A DNA stretch of 64,000 bases from the NCBI GenBank assembly GCA_045586565.1, contig JAZNAO010000006.1:1457-65456 (forward strand). Reading direction: 5' to 3'. This document shows, one piece after another, positions 19,118-29,542 of this stretch. Every line of letters begins with the position of its first letter. Positions within the stretch are counted from its first letter, which is position 1. A program made the translations under genes and the position numbers. The notes below the pieces were generated by a model. It had not been told where the DNA came from. It saw nothing but the letters and a program-made list of their open reading frames with translations, and did no database searches. This DNA is from Candidatus Enterousia sp. GTDB lineage: Bacteria; Pseudomonadota; Alphaproteobacteria; Rs-D84.

Positions 19118-22100
19118 ATGTCATTTCTCAAAAATACAGTAAGTTTATTGGCGGTTTTCTGCGTTGTTCCGGCGGCTTTTGGTGCCACGGCGCGCCCCAG
19201 TGTTTTAAACACTGCGACGGCGGTTTCGGCAACTGGTGCGGTTCGTCGTGTGGCGATGCCAACGATGACATCGTATATCACTGGCTCGGCGGGTGGTGTT
19301 ACAAACAACAATAATGGCAACTCTGGTTCCAGCAACTTATTAGACAGCATTGAATGCATCGATGCATACACCGAATGTATCAAATCCGAAGATGTGTGCG
19401 GCGAAGATTTGTCAGAATGCACAACAAACGTATTGTTCCATGGCAAAATGCCCCAGTGTGTAAGCACCCTGGCCCAATGTGAACCGGATGGGGTTGATGC
19501 ATTATTTGGCACAAAGAATGTAACCGATTTGTCGTTCTATGATTCAAATAATTCTGCGGAATATGATGCCGAAGATGGTGAGGTTATTCGTTACACATAC
19601 CCAACAGACGGCAGTGTTCTGGGGCAAATGATTATATCTGCGGCGATTGAAAATCAGTATGATACACAAACATGCGTGAAACGTTATATGTCATGCTTGA
19701 ATAAAGACAGTGTTTGTGGTGCAGACTTTGAATTATGTACCGACGAACGTGAATTTAAAAAGCAGGCATTGTTCTGTGATTCAACCCTGGCCCGTTGCCA
19801 GGCAGACGGTGTTCGCGAATTATTCGGGGTTTCAAAATGGTCGCCACATAAAATGGGTGCGGATGGCAAAATCGAAGGTTCTTCCCGTGTTGGTGTGGCA
19901 ATCAAAGACGGTGCAGATTTGGCGGCGTTGAACGCGGTTTCTACCTGTTACAAGGTTGTTGAACAGTGTTTCTTGGGCGCATGTTCGGCCAATCCGTTGC
20001 GTTGTTTGGCGGGGTCGAATTTATCGACATTGACGGCGGCAAATGATATTGCGGCGGACGGTATCACAATCACATTGTCAAATGACAGTGCGCCATCAAC
20101 CCCAACAGACGTAAATCGTTATCTGCGCACATCGTGCCAGGATACAATTGGTGCAAATAAATTCTGTCACATGACATTCTTGGGCAAAAATCCAAGTAAG
20201 AAAGACTTGGCGGATGTAGATGTCCAATCAGAAGTCTTTGACGATGCAATCAGCGAACGTAAAAAATACGTTGAATCAAAAATCCAAGATTTGATGACAC
20301 AGTTCGATAAACGTGCCAAGGATAAATGTGTTGAAACAATTCGTTCATGCGCAATGCGTTCCTGTGGCGAAGGTGTCGGTTCTGTATGTTATTCATCTGT
20401 ATATGGCGCGAATGGCGGAAATACAATTGCGGGTCCGGCCACACGTCCAGATATCAAAACGGCATGTGAATCTGTTGTAAATACCGATGTGAATTGCCAA
20501 TATGCATATTCAACTGTTATAGATAATGGTGTGTATTCATACAATTACATCCAAAATTCTGTATTTGATACATTATTCCCAGAATATGCTGCCGACAAAA
20601 CAAACAATGATCCAATCGGTGTAATCGGGTCGTTAAATTCGTCCCTGTCGACCAGTTATAATGCCGCTGCTCTGGCGCAAATGAAGAAGCAATGTCAATC
20701 TGTCGCGACCAGCTGTGTTAAATCAATGTGTGGCACGGATTACCAGAATTGCTATCGCAATCGAACAGATATCTTGTCTGATTTGACCAATACGGATAAT
20801 GCAAAGTTTGATACGTCAATGAACAAGGTTGGTGGTGTTCTGGATTATACAATTGTATTGGGATTGTGCATGAACACGGTTAAAAACGCCGATGTATGTG
20901 ATGAACACCTGAAAATCCAAAAGGCCAAATTAGATTTGGAAAAGACAACGGAAAATGTATGGGGAACACAATCGTCTGTCCGTGATGGCTGGATTGATGC
21001 TGGTGGTGCCAAGAAGTTTGAAGAAGGGATGGTTCATTCCAAAGACGAAAATGGTGCCGATTTATGCACAAATGCTGCAGGGGACCAAGGTGTTTGCTAT
21101 GACGTTGATGCCAATGGTGATGTTTTTAATAAACCTGTGATGATATCTGCAGACCTGTATAAAACGAACCAGGCCACAACATCATTATTCCGTGAATTGT
21201 TGGTTGATTTAGAATACGAAGCCCAGGCGAAGTATAACGCCAAATTGACGAAACAACAGAATATGTGTCTGGCGGCAAATTCTGGTGGTGTTGTTGGCGC
21301 TGGCGATATGGGTTCAACATTCATGTGGGCAAAATTGAAAAGGGGCAAGGTTCCGGCCGATTATTCAATGAATGGTTTAACCAGTGACCAAATTGTCCCA
21401 AGTAATGAATTGTATGGTTCATTCTGCCGTGTGCGTGTGACACTGCAATCCACAGACCCAACCGTATCTGAATGGTTAAACAGTACCGAAGGTCAGAAAT
21501 ATGCAACGCGTTATTTTGCGGCGGGTGATGCATTTACATGCGGTTCATGGATACCTGTTGGCGATGAAGGAACATGCCATGACGATACCGCCGCGGGCAT
21601 CAGAAGATGCAAAGGTGGCTCAGGATTACGTGGCCTGGCGCAAAAGGTTGGCGAAGCCACATATACATACGACAAACAGAAATCCGACACAATTCTGCAA
21701 ACAATGTTGCCAGTGGTTGGATTGCTGGGTGGTGGTATTGGTGGTGCATATCTGGGCGCCGGCATCGAAGACGGTTCTGTATTCGGCGGTCTGACGGGTA
21801 AAAAGAGCACAAAATCAGACAGCAAGACAGCAAAGACTGCAAACGATAGATGTTCGAATGCCATCGATATGGCCAAAACAAAATTAGCGGAAGCAAATCC
21901 TAGCCTGGAAAGTGTAAGAAGTTTAGCCAAAACAGCGGCTGATGAATTAGAAGACATGGACAAGGTTGTGTACAAAAACCTGGAGTATTGGCCAGATGGT
22001 ATGACAACTACTGTTACTGAAACTATTTCTAAAGGAGAAGGGGAGCAAACTAAATATTATTGTGGCGGGACAGAAGTCAATACGAAAGTACCAGCACGGT

Positions 22101-22432
22101 GCGTTGGTGATAAGTTATTGGCCGATGCAAGAACAGAAATCACACCCATTTTGAATAGACTAGAAGGTTATTGTGAATCTGCGGTCGAAGACGAAGATGC
22201 CAATGCTAAAAAGAAAAAGGGTGCCGCCGCCGCGGGGGCTGTGACAACCGGTGTGATCAGCAGTGTTCTGACATGGGGCGTCACACGCAGCATCATTGAT
22301 GCACAACGCACCAAAGAACAACAGGCCGCAATTGATGAATTCATGGATTCATTGGGTTCAAAAATCAATTGTGTTGTCGGTGGGGATTCCATTGCGGTAT
22401 ATGGCGACACATTGGTCACCAGTATGGAATAA
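19118..22432 (+). CDS. Giant secreted Cys-rich repeat protein (1104 aa) with a C-terminal Gly-rich hydrophobic anchor.
   Basis: Signal peptide. Tandem ~50-aa Cys modules (C-x6-C-x6-CG-x4-EC ... C-x5-C-E/Q-xDGV-x-LFG, seen twice near the N-terminus). Further C-x6-C-x3-CG modules. C-terminal GGGIGGAYLGAGIEDG and AAAAGAVTTGVISSVLTWGV segments. Confidence 0.65.
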   Translation: MSFLKNTVSLLAVFCVVPAAFGATARPSVLNTATAVSATGAVRRVAMPTMTSYITGSAGGVTNNNNGNSGSSNLLDSIECIDAYTECIKSEDVCGEDLSECTTNVLFHGKMPQCVSTLAQCEPDGVDALFGTKNVTDLSFYDSNNSAEYDAEDGEVIRYTYPTDGSVLGQMIISAAIENQYDTQTCVKRYMSCLNKDSVCGADFELCTDEREFKKQALFCDSTLARCQADGVRELFGVSKWSPHKMGADGKIEGSSRVGVAIKDGADLAALNAVSTCYKVVEQCFLGACSANPLRCLAGSNLSTLTAANDIAADGITITLSNDSAPSTPTDVNRYLRTSCQDTIGANKFCHMTFLGKNPSKKDLADVDVQSEVFDDAISERKKYVESKIQDLMTQFDKRAKDKCVETIRSCAMRSCGEGVGSVCYSSVYGANGGNTIAGPATRPDIKTACESVVNTDVNCQYAYSTVIDNGVYSYNYIQNSVFDTLFPEYAADKTNNDPIGVIGSLNSSLSTSYNAAALAQMKKQCQSVATSCVKSMCGTDYQNCYRNRTDILSDLTNTDNAKFDTSMNKVGGVLDYTIVLGLCMNTVKNADVCDEHLKIQKAKLDLEKTTENVWGTQSSVRDGWIDAGGAKKFEEGMVHSKDENGADLCTNAAGDQGVCYDVDANGDVFNKPVMISADLYKTNQATTSLFRELLVDLEYEAQAKYNAKLTKQQNMCLAANSGGVVGAGDMGSTFMWAKLKRGKVPADYSMNGLTSDQIVPSNELYGSFCRVRVTLQSTDPTVSEWLNSTEGQKYATRYFAAGDAFTCGSWIPVGDEGTCHDDTAAGIRRCKGGSGLRGLAQKVGEATYTYDKQKSDTILQTMLPVVGLLGGGIGGAYLGAGIEDGSVFGGLTGKKSTKSDSKTAKTANDRCSNAIDMAKTKLAEANPSLESVRSLAKTAADELEDMDKVVYKNLEYWPDGMTTTVTETISKGEGEQTKYYCGGTEVNTKVPARCVGDKLLADARTEITPILNRLEGYCESAVEDEDANAKKKKGAAAAGAVTTGVISSVLTWGVTRSIIDAQRTKEQQAAIDEFMDSLGSKINCVVGGDSIAVYGDTLVTSME

Positions 22433-22460
22433 TTAAAAAAAGTTTTGCATAAACCTCCTA

Positions 22461-22488
22461 AAATCCCCCACCCGGGGGGATTTTTTAT
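22461..22488 (+). terminator. Intrinsic terminator after the giant Cys-rich gene.
   Basis: AAATCCCCCACCCGGGGGGATTTTTT. Confidence 0.75.
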
Positions 22489-22569
22489 CGCAGTAGCCGT
22501 CGCGGAATAATCTCCTTTGCTGGCGAAGGGGTGTCAGGCAGTGAAGGGGTAGTGGGAATTTAACAATAC

Positions 22570-22635
22570 CGCGATAAATAAAAGTTTAGTCTTGCATAAC
22601 ATTTTACAAGAATCTGTGATTCTTGTCATTGCGCG
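22570..22635 (-). repeat. Repeat element copy A (~65 bp).
   Basis: CGCGATAAATAAAAGTTTAG ... TTTTACAAGAATCtgtgGATTCTTGTCAT TGCGCG. Nearly identical to copy E in reverse complement. Confidence 0.7.
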
Positions 22636-22710
22636 CGCAGCGTGGCAATCCAGTTATATGCGCGTAAAACGCGCACAATATTATGATACAATTTACTGGA
22701 TCGTCACGGT

Positions 22711-22797
22711 CGTTTCACATCCGCGCGATGACAATTTTTGTGAACAAAAATTGTAAACAATGCATGCGCCGAACTTCTATTTATCTGTATAATTTAC
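22711..22797 (+). repeat. Repeat element copy B.
   Basis: CGTTTCAC..CGCGCGATGACAATTTTTGtgaacCAAAAATTGTAAAC...GCAT...CTATTTATC. Same architecture as the other copies but a different, still complementary, stem sequence. Confidence 0.6.
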
Positions 22798-23471
22798 TTT
22801 AAAATTTCAGACATGAATTTTTCGTGGTTTTCTAAATCAGCCGTCGGCACATCAAACTTGCGATATGGAAAGTCCCCACCAACCTTTGGGTGTGCCAACA
22901 TGGCGGCATGCTGCTTTGCGATAATTTCACTGACATCTGGGGCCGGTGCAGTGTTTTCCAGTTCCAAATAAACCTTGGCCAGAATTTCCGAGTCAATCAA
23001 TGCCCCGTGCGCATCTGCACGCGCCGTCAGTGATATCCCATACCATTTTGCCAACGCATCCAATGTATAACTTTTGGGCCCAAACACACGGTTACGCGCA
23101 ATCACCAGTGAATCCAGCATCTGTTCACGTGGAATTGGTGGCATTTTCAGCATTTCTAATTCGTGATTTATAAACGGAAAGTCAAAGTCCATCCCATTGT
23201 GTGCGACAATCGGGCTGTCACCGATAAAGGCCATGAAACGTGGCGCAACCTCTGACATTTTTGGTTTGTCTTCCAGAAATGCGTTTGAAATCTTGTGAAC
23301 CATATATGTATCTGGTGGAATAATTTTGCCTTCGGGATTGATATATTCATGAAAAGAATTATCGGTTATTTTACCGTCAACGATTTCCACTGCACCAATT
23401 TCAATGCATCGGTCGCCGCGCATATAGTCAAACCCAGTTGTTTCAATGTCAAAGCAAATAACGCGTTTCAT
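22794..23471 (-). CDS. dnaQ: DNA polymerase III epsilon subunit (3'-5' exonuclease).
   Basis: Exo I motif FDIETTG plus Exo II and III motifs; 225 aa. Confidence 0.9.
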   Translation of the reverse strand: MKRVICFDIETTGFDYMRGDRCIEIGAVEIVDGKITDNSFHEYINPEGKIIPPDTYMVHKISNAFLEDKPKMSEVAPRFMAFIGDSPIVAHNGMDFDFPFINHELEMLKMPPIPREQMLDSLVIARNRVFGPKSYTLDALAKWYGISLTARADAHGALIDSEILAKVYLELENTAPAPDVSEIIAKQHAAMLAHPKVGGDFPYRKFDVPTADLENHEKFMSEILK

Positions 23472-23521
23472 ATCTTTTTCAATCCCTTGATAATAATTGT
23501 CGGCCGTATTATAATAGAACC

Positions 23522-25591
23522 GTGAATTTAATGCCAGAAAATCTTAACAACGAACAAAAGAAAGCCGTTGAAACGACGTCTGGCCCATTGTTGGTGCTGT
23601 CAGGTGCAGGAACCGGTAAAACACGCGTGCTGACCACACGTATTGCATACATATTAAATTGTGGTCTGGCCCAACCGTGGCAGGTTTTGGCCCTGACCTT
23701 TACGAACAAGGCTGCAAACGAAATGAAAAATCGTCTGGCCGATTTGTCGGATGGTGCGTGGTATTCTGGTGACATTTGGTGTGGTACGTTTCATTCGATA
23801 TGCCTGAGAATTTTGCGCAGTAATGCCGAACGTGCGGGATTACGCCGTGACTTTATAATCTTTGGCGAAGACGACCAGAAATCAGTTATCAAATCATTGT
23901 TGTCGTCATCAACCAAGACACCTGGCGATTATGTTGAAGAATTTTCTGCGATAAAAGACAAAGGCCTGATTGCGTTAAAAAATACCGATAAATTATTCAA
24001 TGCATATAACGCGGAATTGACACGATTAAACGCGGTGGACTTTGGTGATATTATTTTAAAAGTCTTGGAATTATTTGATAAAAATCCAGACATATTGTCG
24101 CGCTATCAAAATCAGTTTAAATATATCTTGGTTGATGAATTCCAAGATACTAATAATGCCCAGATGGAATTTCTGTGCATGTTGACACGCGGTATTGATG
24201 TGCCAAATATTTGTTGCGTTGGTGATGATGATCAATCAATTTATTCATGGCGCGGTGCAGAAATAAAACACATATTAAATTTTGAAAAAACATTCCCAGA
24301 CGCGCAAATAATCCGCCTGGAAACTAATTATCGCAGTACGGCAAATATTCTGGGCGTGGCAAATTCTTTAATCCGACATAATGCAGGGCGCCTTGGCAAA
24401 GATTTGCGCGCCACAGATACAGGACCGGGCGAACCTGTATATGTTTTAACATTGCCGGGCGATCGGGATGAGGCGCGCATTATCGCCGATGCAATATTGC
24501 GCGATGATACAAACGATTTTACAAAATATGCATTACTTATCCGTGCCGGCAGTCTATCGCGTATATTCGAAGAAGAATTTGCAGCACGTGGTATTCCATA
24601 CAAACTAATCGGTGCGACAAAATTCTATGACCGTATGGAAATACGTGATGCGATTGCATATTTGCGCCTGTTGGTATATCCGTTTGATGATATATCTTTC
24701 CTGCGTGTGATTGCAAAGCCACGTCGTGGATTCGGGGACAAGGCAATTGAAAAATTGCGTGCATCTGGCACGAATTTAATGACGGGATTACGTAATGCTG
24801 CGCTGGCGCCTAAGTTGCGCGCGGCGGCGGATGAATTTTTATCTGCATTTGATTTTGATTGGGCGGCGATGCCACCACGTGATGCGGCGCAAAAATTGTT
24901 AAATGATTCTGGCTATATGAAAATGTGGGCAGATTCCAAAGATGTCGATGCCCCCGACAGAATTGCAAATATTCGCGAACTGTTGACGGCGGTAATTTCC
25001 AAATATGACACCATCCCAGAATTCTTGGAACAGGCCGCATTAATGATGACCGATGATAATGATTCCACCGACAATCCGCAAAATAATAACACGGTCAGTA
25101 TTATGACTATACACGCGGCCAAGGGGCTGGAATTTGATACGGTGTTTTTGCCTGCCTGGGAAGAAGGTATTTTTCCAAATGACAAGGCAATAAACGAAGG
25201 CGCCATCGAAGAAGAACGTCGCCTGGCATACGTGGCAATAACGCGTGCACGCCGTCGTTGTATTATATCAAATGCCATGTCGCGTATGGTGTTTGGTTCG
25301 CGTCAGTATAATTGCCCCAGTCGTTTTATCACGGAAATGGATAATAAGTTTTTAGATTTCCAGGGTGGTGCCCCGCGAACATATTCGCCATACACACATA
25401 TATCACGTTCGTATGACCCCGCGCCAAAACCGCGCCCAACAAAATCCGCCACAATGGTTGGCAAATTGGTCACGCACAATGAAATGGGGTCTGGTGTTGT
25501 CATCGAAGACAGTGGCACAATTTTAACAGTCGCATTTAAATCGCGTGGCATAAAAAAAGTCGCCCGTGATTTTGTGAAAACAATTGGATAA
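23522..25591 (+). CDS. uvrD: ATP-dependent DNA helicase of the UvrD/PcrA/Rep family.
   Basis: Walker A LSGAGTGKT; UvrD helicase motifs throughout 689 aa. Could equally be labelled pcrA. Confidence 0.9.
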   Translation: MNLMPENLNNEQKKAVETTSGPLLVLSGAGTGKTRVLTTRIAYILNCGLAQPWQVLALTFTNKAANEMKNRLADLSDGAWYSGDIWCGTFHSICLRILRSNAERAGLRRDFIIFGEDDQKSVIKSLLSSSTKTPGDYVEEFSAIKDKGLIALKNTDKLFNAYNAELTRLNAVDFGDIILKVLELFDKNPDILSRYQNQFKYILVDEFQDTNNAQMEFLCMLTRGIDVPNICCVGDDDQSIYSWRGAEIKHILNFEKTFPDAQIIRLETNYRSTANILGVANSLIRHNAGRLGKDLRATDTGPGEPVYVLTLPGDRDEARIIADAILRDDTNDFTKYALLIRAGSLSRIFEEEFAARGIPYKLIGATKFYDRMEIRDAIAYLRLLVYPFDDISFLRVIAKPRRGFGDKAIEKLRASGTNLMTGLRNAALAPKLRAAADEFLSAFDFDWAAMPPRDAAQKLLNDSGYMKMWADSKDVDAPDRIANIRELLTAVISKYDTIPEFLEQAALMMTDDNDSTDNPQNNNTVSIMTIHAAKGLEFDTVFLPAWEEGIFPNDKAINEGAIEEERRLAYVAITRARRRCIISNAMSRMVFGSRQYNCPSRFITEMDNKFLDFQGGAPRTYSPYTHISRSYDPAPKPRPTKSATMVGKLVTHNEMGSGVVIEDSGTILTVAFKSRGIKKVARDFVKTIG

Positions 25592-25595
25592 AAAA

Positions 25596-25620
25596 ACGGC
25601 ATGACGCCGTTTTTTTATTT
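25596..25620. terminator. Bidirectional terminator between uvrD and the convergent membrane-protein operon.
   Basis: AACGGCATGACGCCGTT followed by a T tract. Confidence 0.6.
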
Positions 25621-26910
25621 GCGTGATTCTTTGATAATTTTATACCATTCTTTGACAGACTTTTTTGCATCGCCCCATAATCTGGTCACGTCTGATTTTA
25701 ATGATGTGCCCATTGAAGAATCTATTGCGCCACCTATGTCTGTTGCAATTTGTGATGCATGACTGGCCAGATACCATGTCAACGCCATCACAAACATAGA
25801 TGTCCATATATTTGGATTATCAAATTCTGGCACCAACCCAGGATTTGTTAAATCCATAACGCCCGATAATAATGCTGTGCAAATTGCAATAACAATTGAC
25901 AATGTGACAAAGTGCAGGGCTGCATTGATAAAACGCATAATTTGTGCCTGTAAAGATTCTGTGGAAAATAACTTTACAAAACCATTATAAATATCACCAA
26001 CAATTCCCTTGTATGATGTTTGGCCCACGCACTCTGCAATTGCAGTAAAAGGCAACATTATAATCCCCAAGAATAAATCTGCAATTACACCAAATGCAAC
26101 AAATGCAAATTTCCATGCCAGATATATAAACCCACCAATCATTGCGCCACCACACAGGAATGAAAACATACTGCGTCCGATACCGTATGCCATCCATTTC
26201 CATCCAACCGCCACCGCCGTATAACAAAATCCGGATAATCGTGTTGGAATACACATAATGTTTGCTGCGGCTTCTGGGGGCAATAAATTAGATTCAGATA
26301 TATGTTCTGTGGCATACATATGAATCGCTGTGCATGTGTCTGGGATTTGTGCGCCTGCAACACTGGCTACTGCATTTAAAATTAAATCAGATATCAGTGA
26401 TGCAACGCTTAAAATTGGACTCATCACCATCATAAATGTTTCTGCCGGTCCGACATTTAACACCACCACCCACATTGCGGTTATTGCGCCTTTTTTCAGC
26501 ATTGATTTTATTGTGTCTTTAGTGTCGGCTTTGCCGGTGATTATATTATATGCCTCTAACCCCATCCAGAATGCATACATCAATATGATAAATATGATTG
26601 TAAACCGAACCAATGACGAATCCAGTATATGCCCGATATGTGAAAACGCATTCATAAATGCCAGACCGATTTTCGCTTCTATTGGGACAAACCCCACATC
26701 AAAATTTTGTATTGTATTTCCGTGAAATTTTTCAAAATCCCCAGACAGTTGCCCTATAAACAATTCTCGGTTTGCTTCCGTGGTCCATACCCCATTATCA
26801 CCGATATCTGGTAACGGTACATTTGTTTCGCCAAATGCCGGCACCGCCATAACCGTTGCGATTGCAACAAGTGCTAAATACCTACAAAGATGTTTAAATA
26901 CCTTTATCAT
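25615..26910 (-). CDS. VirB6/TrbL-like polytopic membrane protein, paralog 4 of the operon.
   Basis: Signal peptide and at least five transmembrane segments. Shared C...GW.M block with the neighbouring paralogs. ATGA overlap with the upstream gene. Confidence 0.45.
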   Translation of the reverse strand: MIKVFKHLCRYLALVAIATVMAVPAFGETNVPLPDIGDNGVWTTEANRELFIGQLSGDFEKFHGNTIQNFDVGFVPIEAKIGLAFMNAFSHIGHILDSSLVRFTIIFIILMYAFWMGLEAYNIITGKADTKDTIKSMLKKGAITAMWVVVLNVGPAETFMMVMSPILSVASLISDLILNAVASVAGAQIPDTCTAIHMYATEHISESNLLPPEAAANIMCIPTRLSGFCYTAVAVGWKWMAYGIGRSMFSFLCGGAMIGGFIYLAWKFAFVAFGVIADLFLGIIMLPFTAIAECVGQTSYKGIVGDIYNGFVKLFSTESLQAQIMRFINAALHFVTLSIVIAICTALLSGVMDLTNPGLVPEFDNPNIWTSMFVMALTWYLASHASQIATDIGGAIDSSMGTSLKSDVTRLWGDAKKSVKEWYKIIKESRK

Positions 26911-28352
26911 TTATTTGTCACCACATCTGCAATTGTATCTGTAATTTTTAATGGCGCACGCCCAGTTGTTTTTATCAAATCACCTGTCCATTTACCAAAA
27001 TCAAACAATTCTGGACTGTCTTTGCCCAACATCTTGTCAATCTTTGGGCTGATTGCATAAAAGTACAAGAAGAACAAACATGCCATCATCAACAAGAAAT
27101 CCCATCCATCATCCATAAAATTAAATGCGTTTGGATACTTTCTTTCAACTTCTGCCTTGCGTGCGGTAAAGCAATTTTTAAATTTATCTTTGTCCATTTC
27201 GCCATCTACCAAAGCAACCTGTTCACATGTTGTAAACACATTCATTACAGATAATGTTTGTGCGTCTGGATTTTCGGCATGCATACCCATCATTGGTGGT
27301 AATATTGCCGTATATCCATCATTTGGTCCTGGGAAAAACGCATCTGCGGTGTATGATACCGTCGCGTATATCACCAATGTTTTCAATGTAATGGCGATAA
27401 TTCTTACTGCTGATGTAACCAGCATATTTATTGCATTCCCCAATAACCCATTTGCCTTGGCCCAGACGCCTTCGAACGCATATGATGCCAATAACAGTGG
27501 CAAAAATATAACCAAGAATACCAGTTTAAATACCACAGATAATATTTGAAAAAACAAATCAAAACCAATCAGCAAGAACATCAATACCAATGCCAATCCT
27601 GCGACCCACGTAAACGCACCGCCACCCATACCCATCCAAGAATAATTCATCAGTGAAAATCCGCCTGCGGCACCTGCCAGCATTACACTGTTTATATTTC
27701 CAACAACGCACATAAATGGTTGCAGTATTGGATTTAAAATATCATTTTCGTTTTCAGAATATTTATCATTTCTCAAATTGCATTGTGCAGAATCACTGAT
27801 ACCTGTGGCGGCCATTGATAATTCTGCCCCAAGATACATAACTGGTGTAATTGTTAGTTGTGATACTGTCTTTAAAGCGCCTGTGCCGCCCATCCCCAGC
27901 ATTCCCATTACTGCACCAACAATCAGCACACGTGCACCCTGTTTCCAGATTTTGTCGACCAGCGCATTTATTTCCAATTTCTTTTCTGTGTCGTCTAACT
28001 TCATGGCTTCTTTTGCAGAATTTAACATATGCTGAACAATACTGATGACAATAAACAACCCAAATCCCAACACCATCAATATCCAAATATTGTTTACCAT
28101 TAAATTCCAGAATTTGTCGGCTGCATTCCCGATGACTGTGAACAAATCAGAAATATATCTGCACATAAAACATCCGTTGACGTTTGAAATATTCCCGTCA
28201 GTTGCCCCCACGGCCGTTAAAAAGTTATCCAAACTGGTATACGTAATGGATGTACCGCCCAAAGATGACGACAAATACCATATCCCCAGCCCTAATGCGG
28301 CGATGATAAAGAATGCTTTGATGGCCATAACAATCAATTTTGCCTTTAACAT
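26907..28352 (-). CDS. VirB6/TrbL-like polytopic membrane protein, paralog 3.
   Basis: N-terminal GCFMCRYISDLF motif homologous to SCWSCPIFDRLF and SCWTCQMFSDIM in the other paralogs. Multiple transmembrane segments. Confidence 0.45.
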   Translation of the reverse strand: MLKAKLIVMAIKAFFIIAALGLGIWYLSSSLGGTSITYTSLDNFLTAVGATDGNISNVNGCFMCRYISDLFTVIGNAADKFWNLMVNNIWILMVLGFGLFIVISIVQHMLNSAKEAMKLDDTEKKLEINALVDKIWKQGARVLIVGAVMGMLGMGGTGALKTVSQLTITPVMYLGAELSMAATGISDSAQCNLRNDKYSENENDILNPILQPFMCVVGNINSVMLAGAAGGFSLMNYSWMGMGGGAFTWVAGLALVLMFLLIGFDLFFQILSVVFKLVFLVIFLPLLLASYAFEGVWAKANGLLGNAINMLVTSAVRIIAITLKTLVIYATVSYTADAFFPGPNDGYTAILPPMMGMHAENPDAQTLSVMNVFTTCEQVALVDGEMDKDKFKNCFTARKAEVERKYPNAFNFMDDGWDFLLMMACLFFLYFYAISPKIDKMLGKDSPELFDFGKWTGDLIKTTGRAPLKITDTIADVVTNK

Positions 28353-29542
28353 TACTTACCTTCCTTGTCGTCGTCTTTTTTTAGCACTATTTTTGCGGTA
28401 TTTGTAACCGCGCCCACCGCATTCTTGGTCAGCCCCATAATTGCATCTGCGACCTGTTCGCCATATTCTGTTTTTTCTGCGACACCAAATGCGTCCAGTA
28501 TCATTTTTGTAATCGCTTTGGATTGGTCGTAAATATAATTTAAAACGTAAATTAAAATACTGCAACTCATCAACGTCATGGATTCCAAATTTTCTGTATT
28601 CAAATCTGCGTTGTATAATTCACCTGTTGTAATTGCATTCATCAAATCGTTTACAGATACATCCGATGCACTAAAGAACTTGGCGATTACAACCATAATA
28701 ATCGTATACGTTATAACGATTGATCCCAAAGACACAATCGAATTTACCAAATTCTTTATTTGATTTATCCCGACCCCAGATCCCAATTTTTTTATCCATT
28801 CTGGTACATGTTCTGCGCCAGTGAACGCCATTGTCATCAATGATAGTGGGAAAAAGAATGCAAAGAACGCCATTGCAACAATTGCGTCTGCAAATCTGCA
28901 ACAATATCGGAAAAATAATTTTATAAATCCCCATGACAGATAAAATCCAATAAAGAACAACATGATATGCTTTAACAAACTGCCAATTCCGGTCAAAGCC
29001 TTCCATGAAAAAGCGTTATCTACGACCGCAATCCCCAGTTTTATATATGATTGGAATTGTGTGATTGTCGTCTGCATCAACAATAATATTTTATTACGCA
29101 GTTCTGGCCTAAAAAAACTATCATCTGTCATTTCTTTTGGGGTATATGGAACTTTTTCTTCGACCTGAACTGTATCCAGTTGGATTATGTTTTGTGTATA
29201 AACCGTTGTAACAGATGCAATGGGTTCGAATATTAGTGTAGATACCATTCGTGGTAATGTGACACCCGCCCCCAGCAGTCCGACAACAACAATCGAATTT
29301 AAAAATACTTTTTGTATGGATTTCTTAAAGAATAGGTCGTCCATCCCTTTTTGCATATTTTTCATCCATGCATTTGACACATACAATGCAAATAATGCAA
29401 TCAACAACATCAGACATAATTTTGCAAAATTATCATATATATACGCGGCTGCCAAAGACACAATCTGAAACAGACGGTCAAATATTGGACAACTCCAACA
29501 TTGGATTGAATTGTCTATCAAAGATGATGTCCATTCGTTCAT
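28352..29542 (-). CDS. VirB6/TrbL-like polytopic membrane protein, paralog 2.
   Basis: SCWSCPIFDRLFQIV and LPRMVSTLIFEPI blocks shared with the divergent paralog. Multiple transmembrane segments. Confidence 0.45.
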   Translation of the reverse strand: MNEWTSSLIDNSIQCWSCPIFDRLFQIVSLAAAYIYDNFAKLCLMLLIALFALYVSNAWMKNMQKGMDDLFFKKSIQKVFLNSIVVVGLLGAGVTLPRMVSTLIFEPIASVTTVYTQNIIQLDTVQVEEKVPYTPKEMTDDSFFRPELRNKILLLMQTTITQFQSYIKLGIAVVDNAFSWKALTGIGSLLKHIMLFFIGFYLSWGFIKLFFRYCCRFADAIVAMAFFAFFFPLSLMTMAFTGAEHVPEWIKKLGSGVGINQIKNLVNSIVSLGSIVITYTIIMVVIAKFFSASDVSVNDLMNAITTGELYNADLNTENLESMTLMSCSILIYVLNYIYDQSKAITKMILDAFGVAEKTEYGEQVADAIMGLTKNAVGAVTNTAKIVLKKDDDKEGK

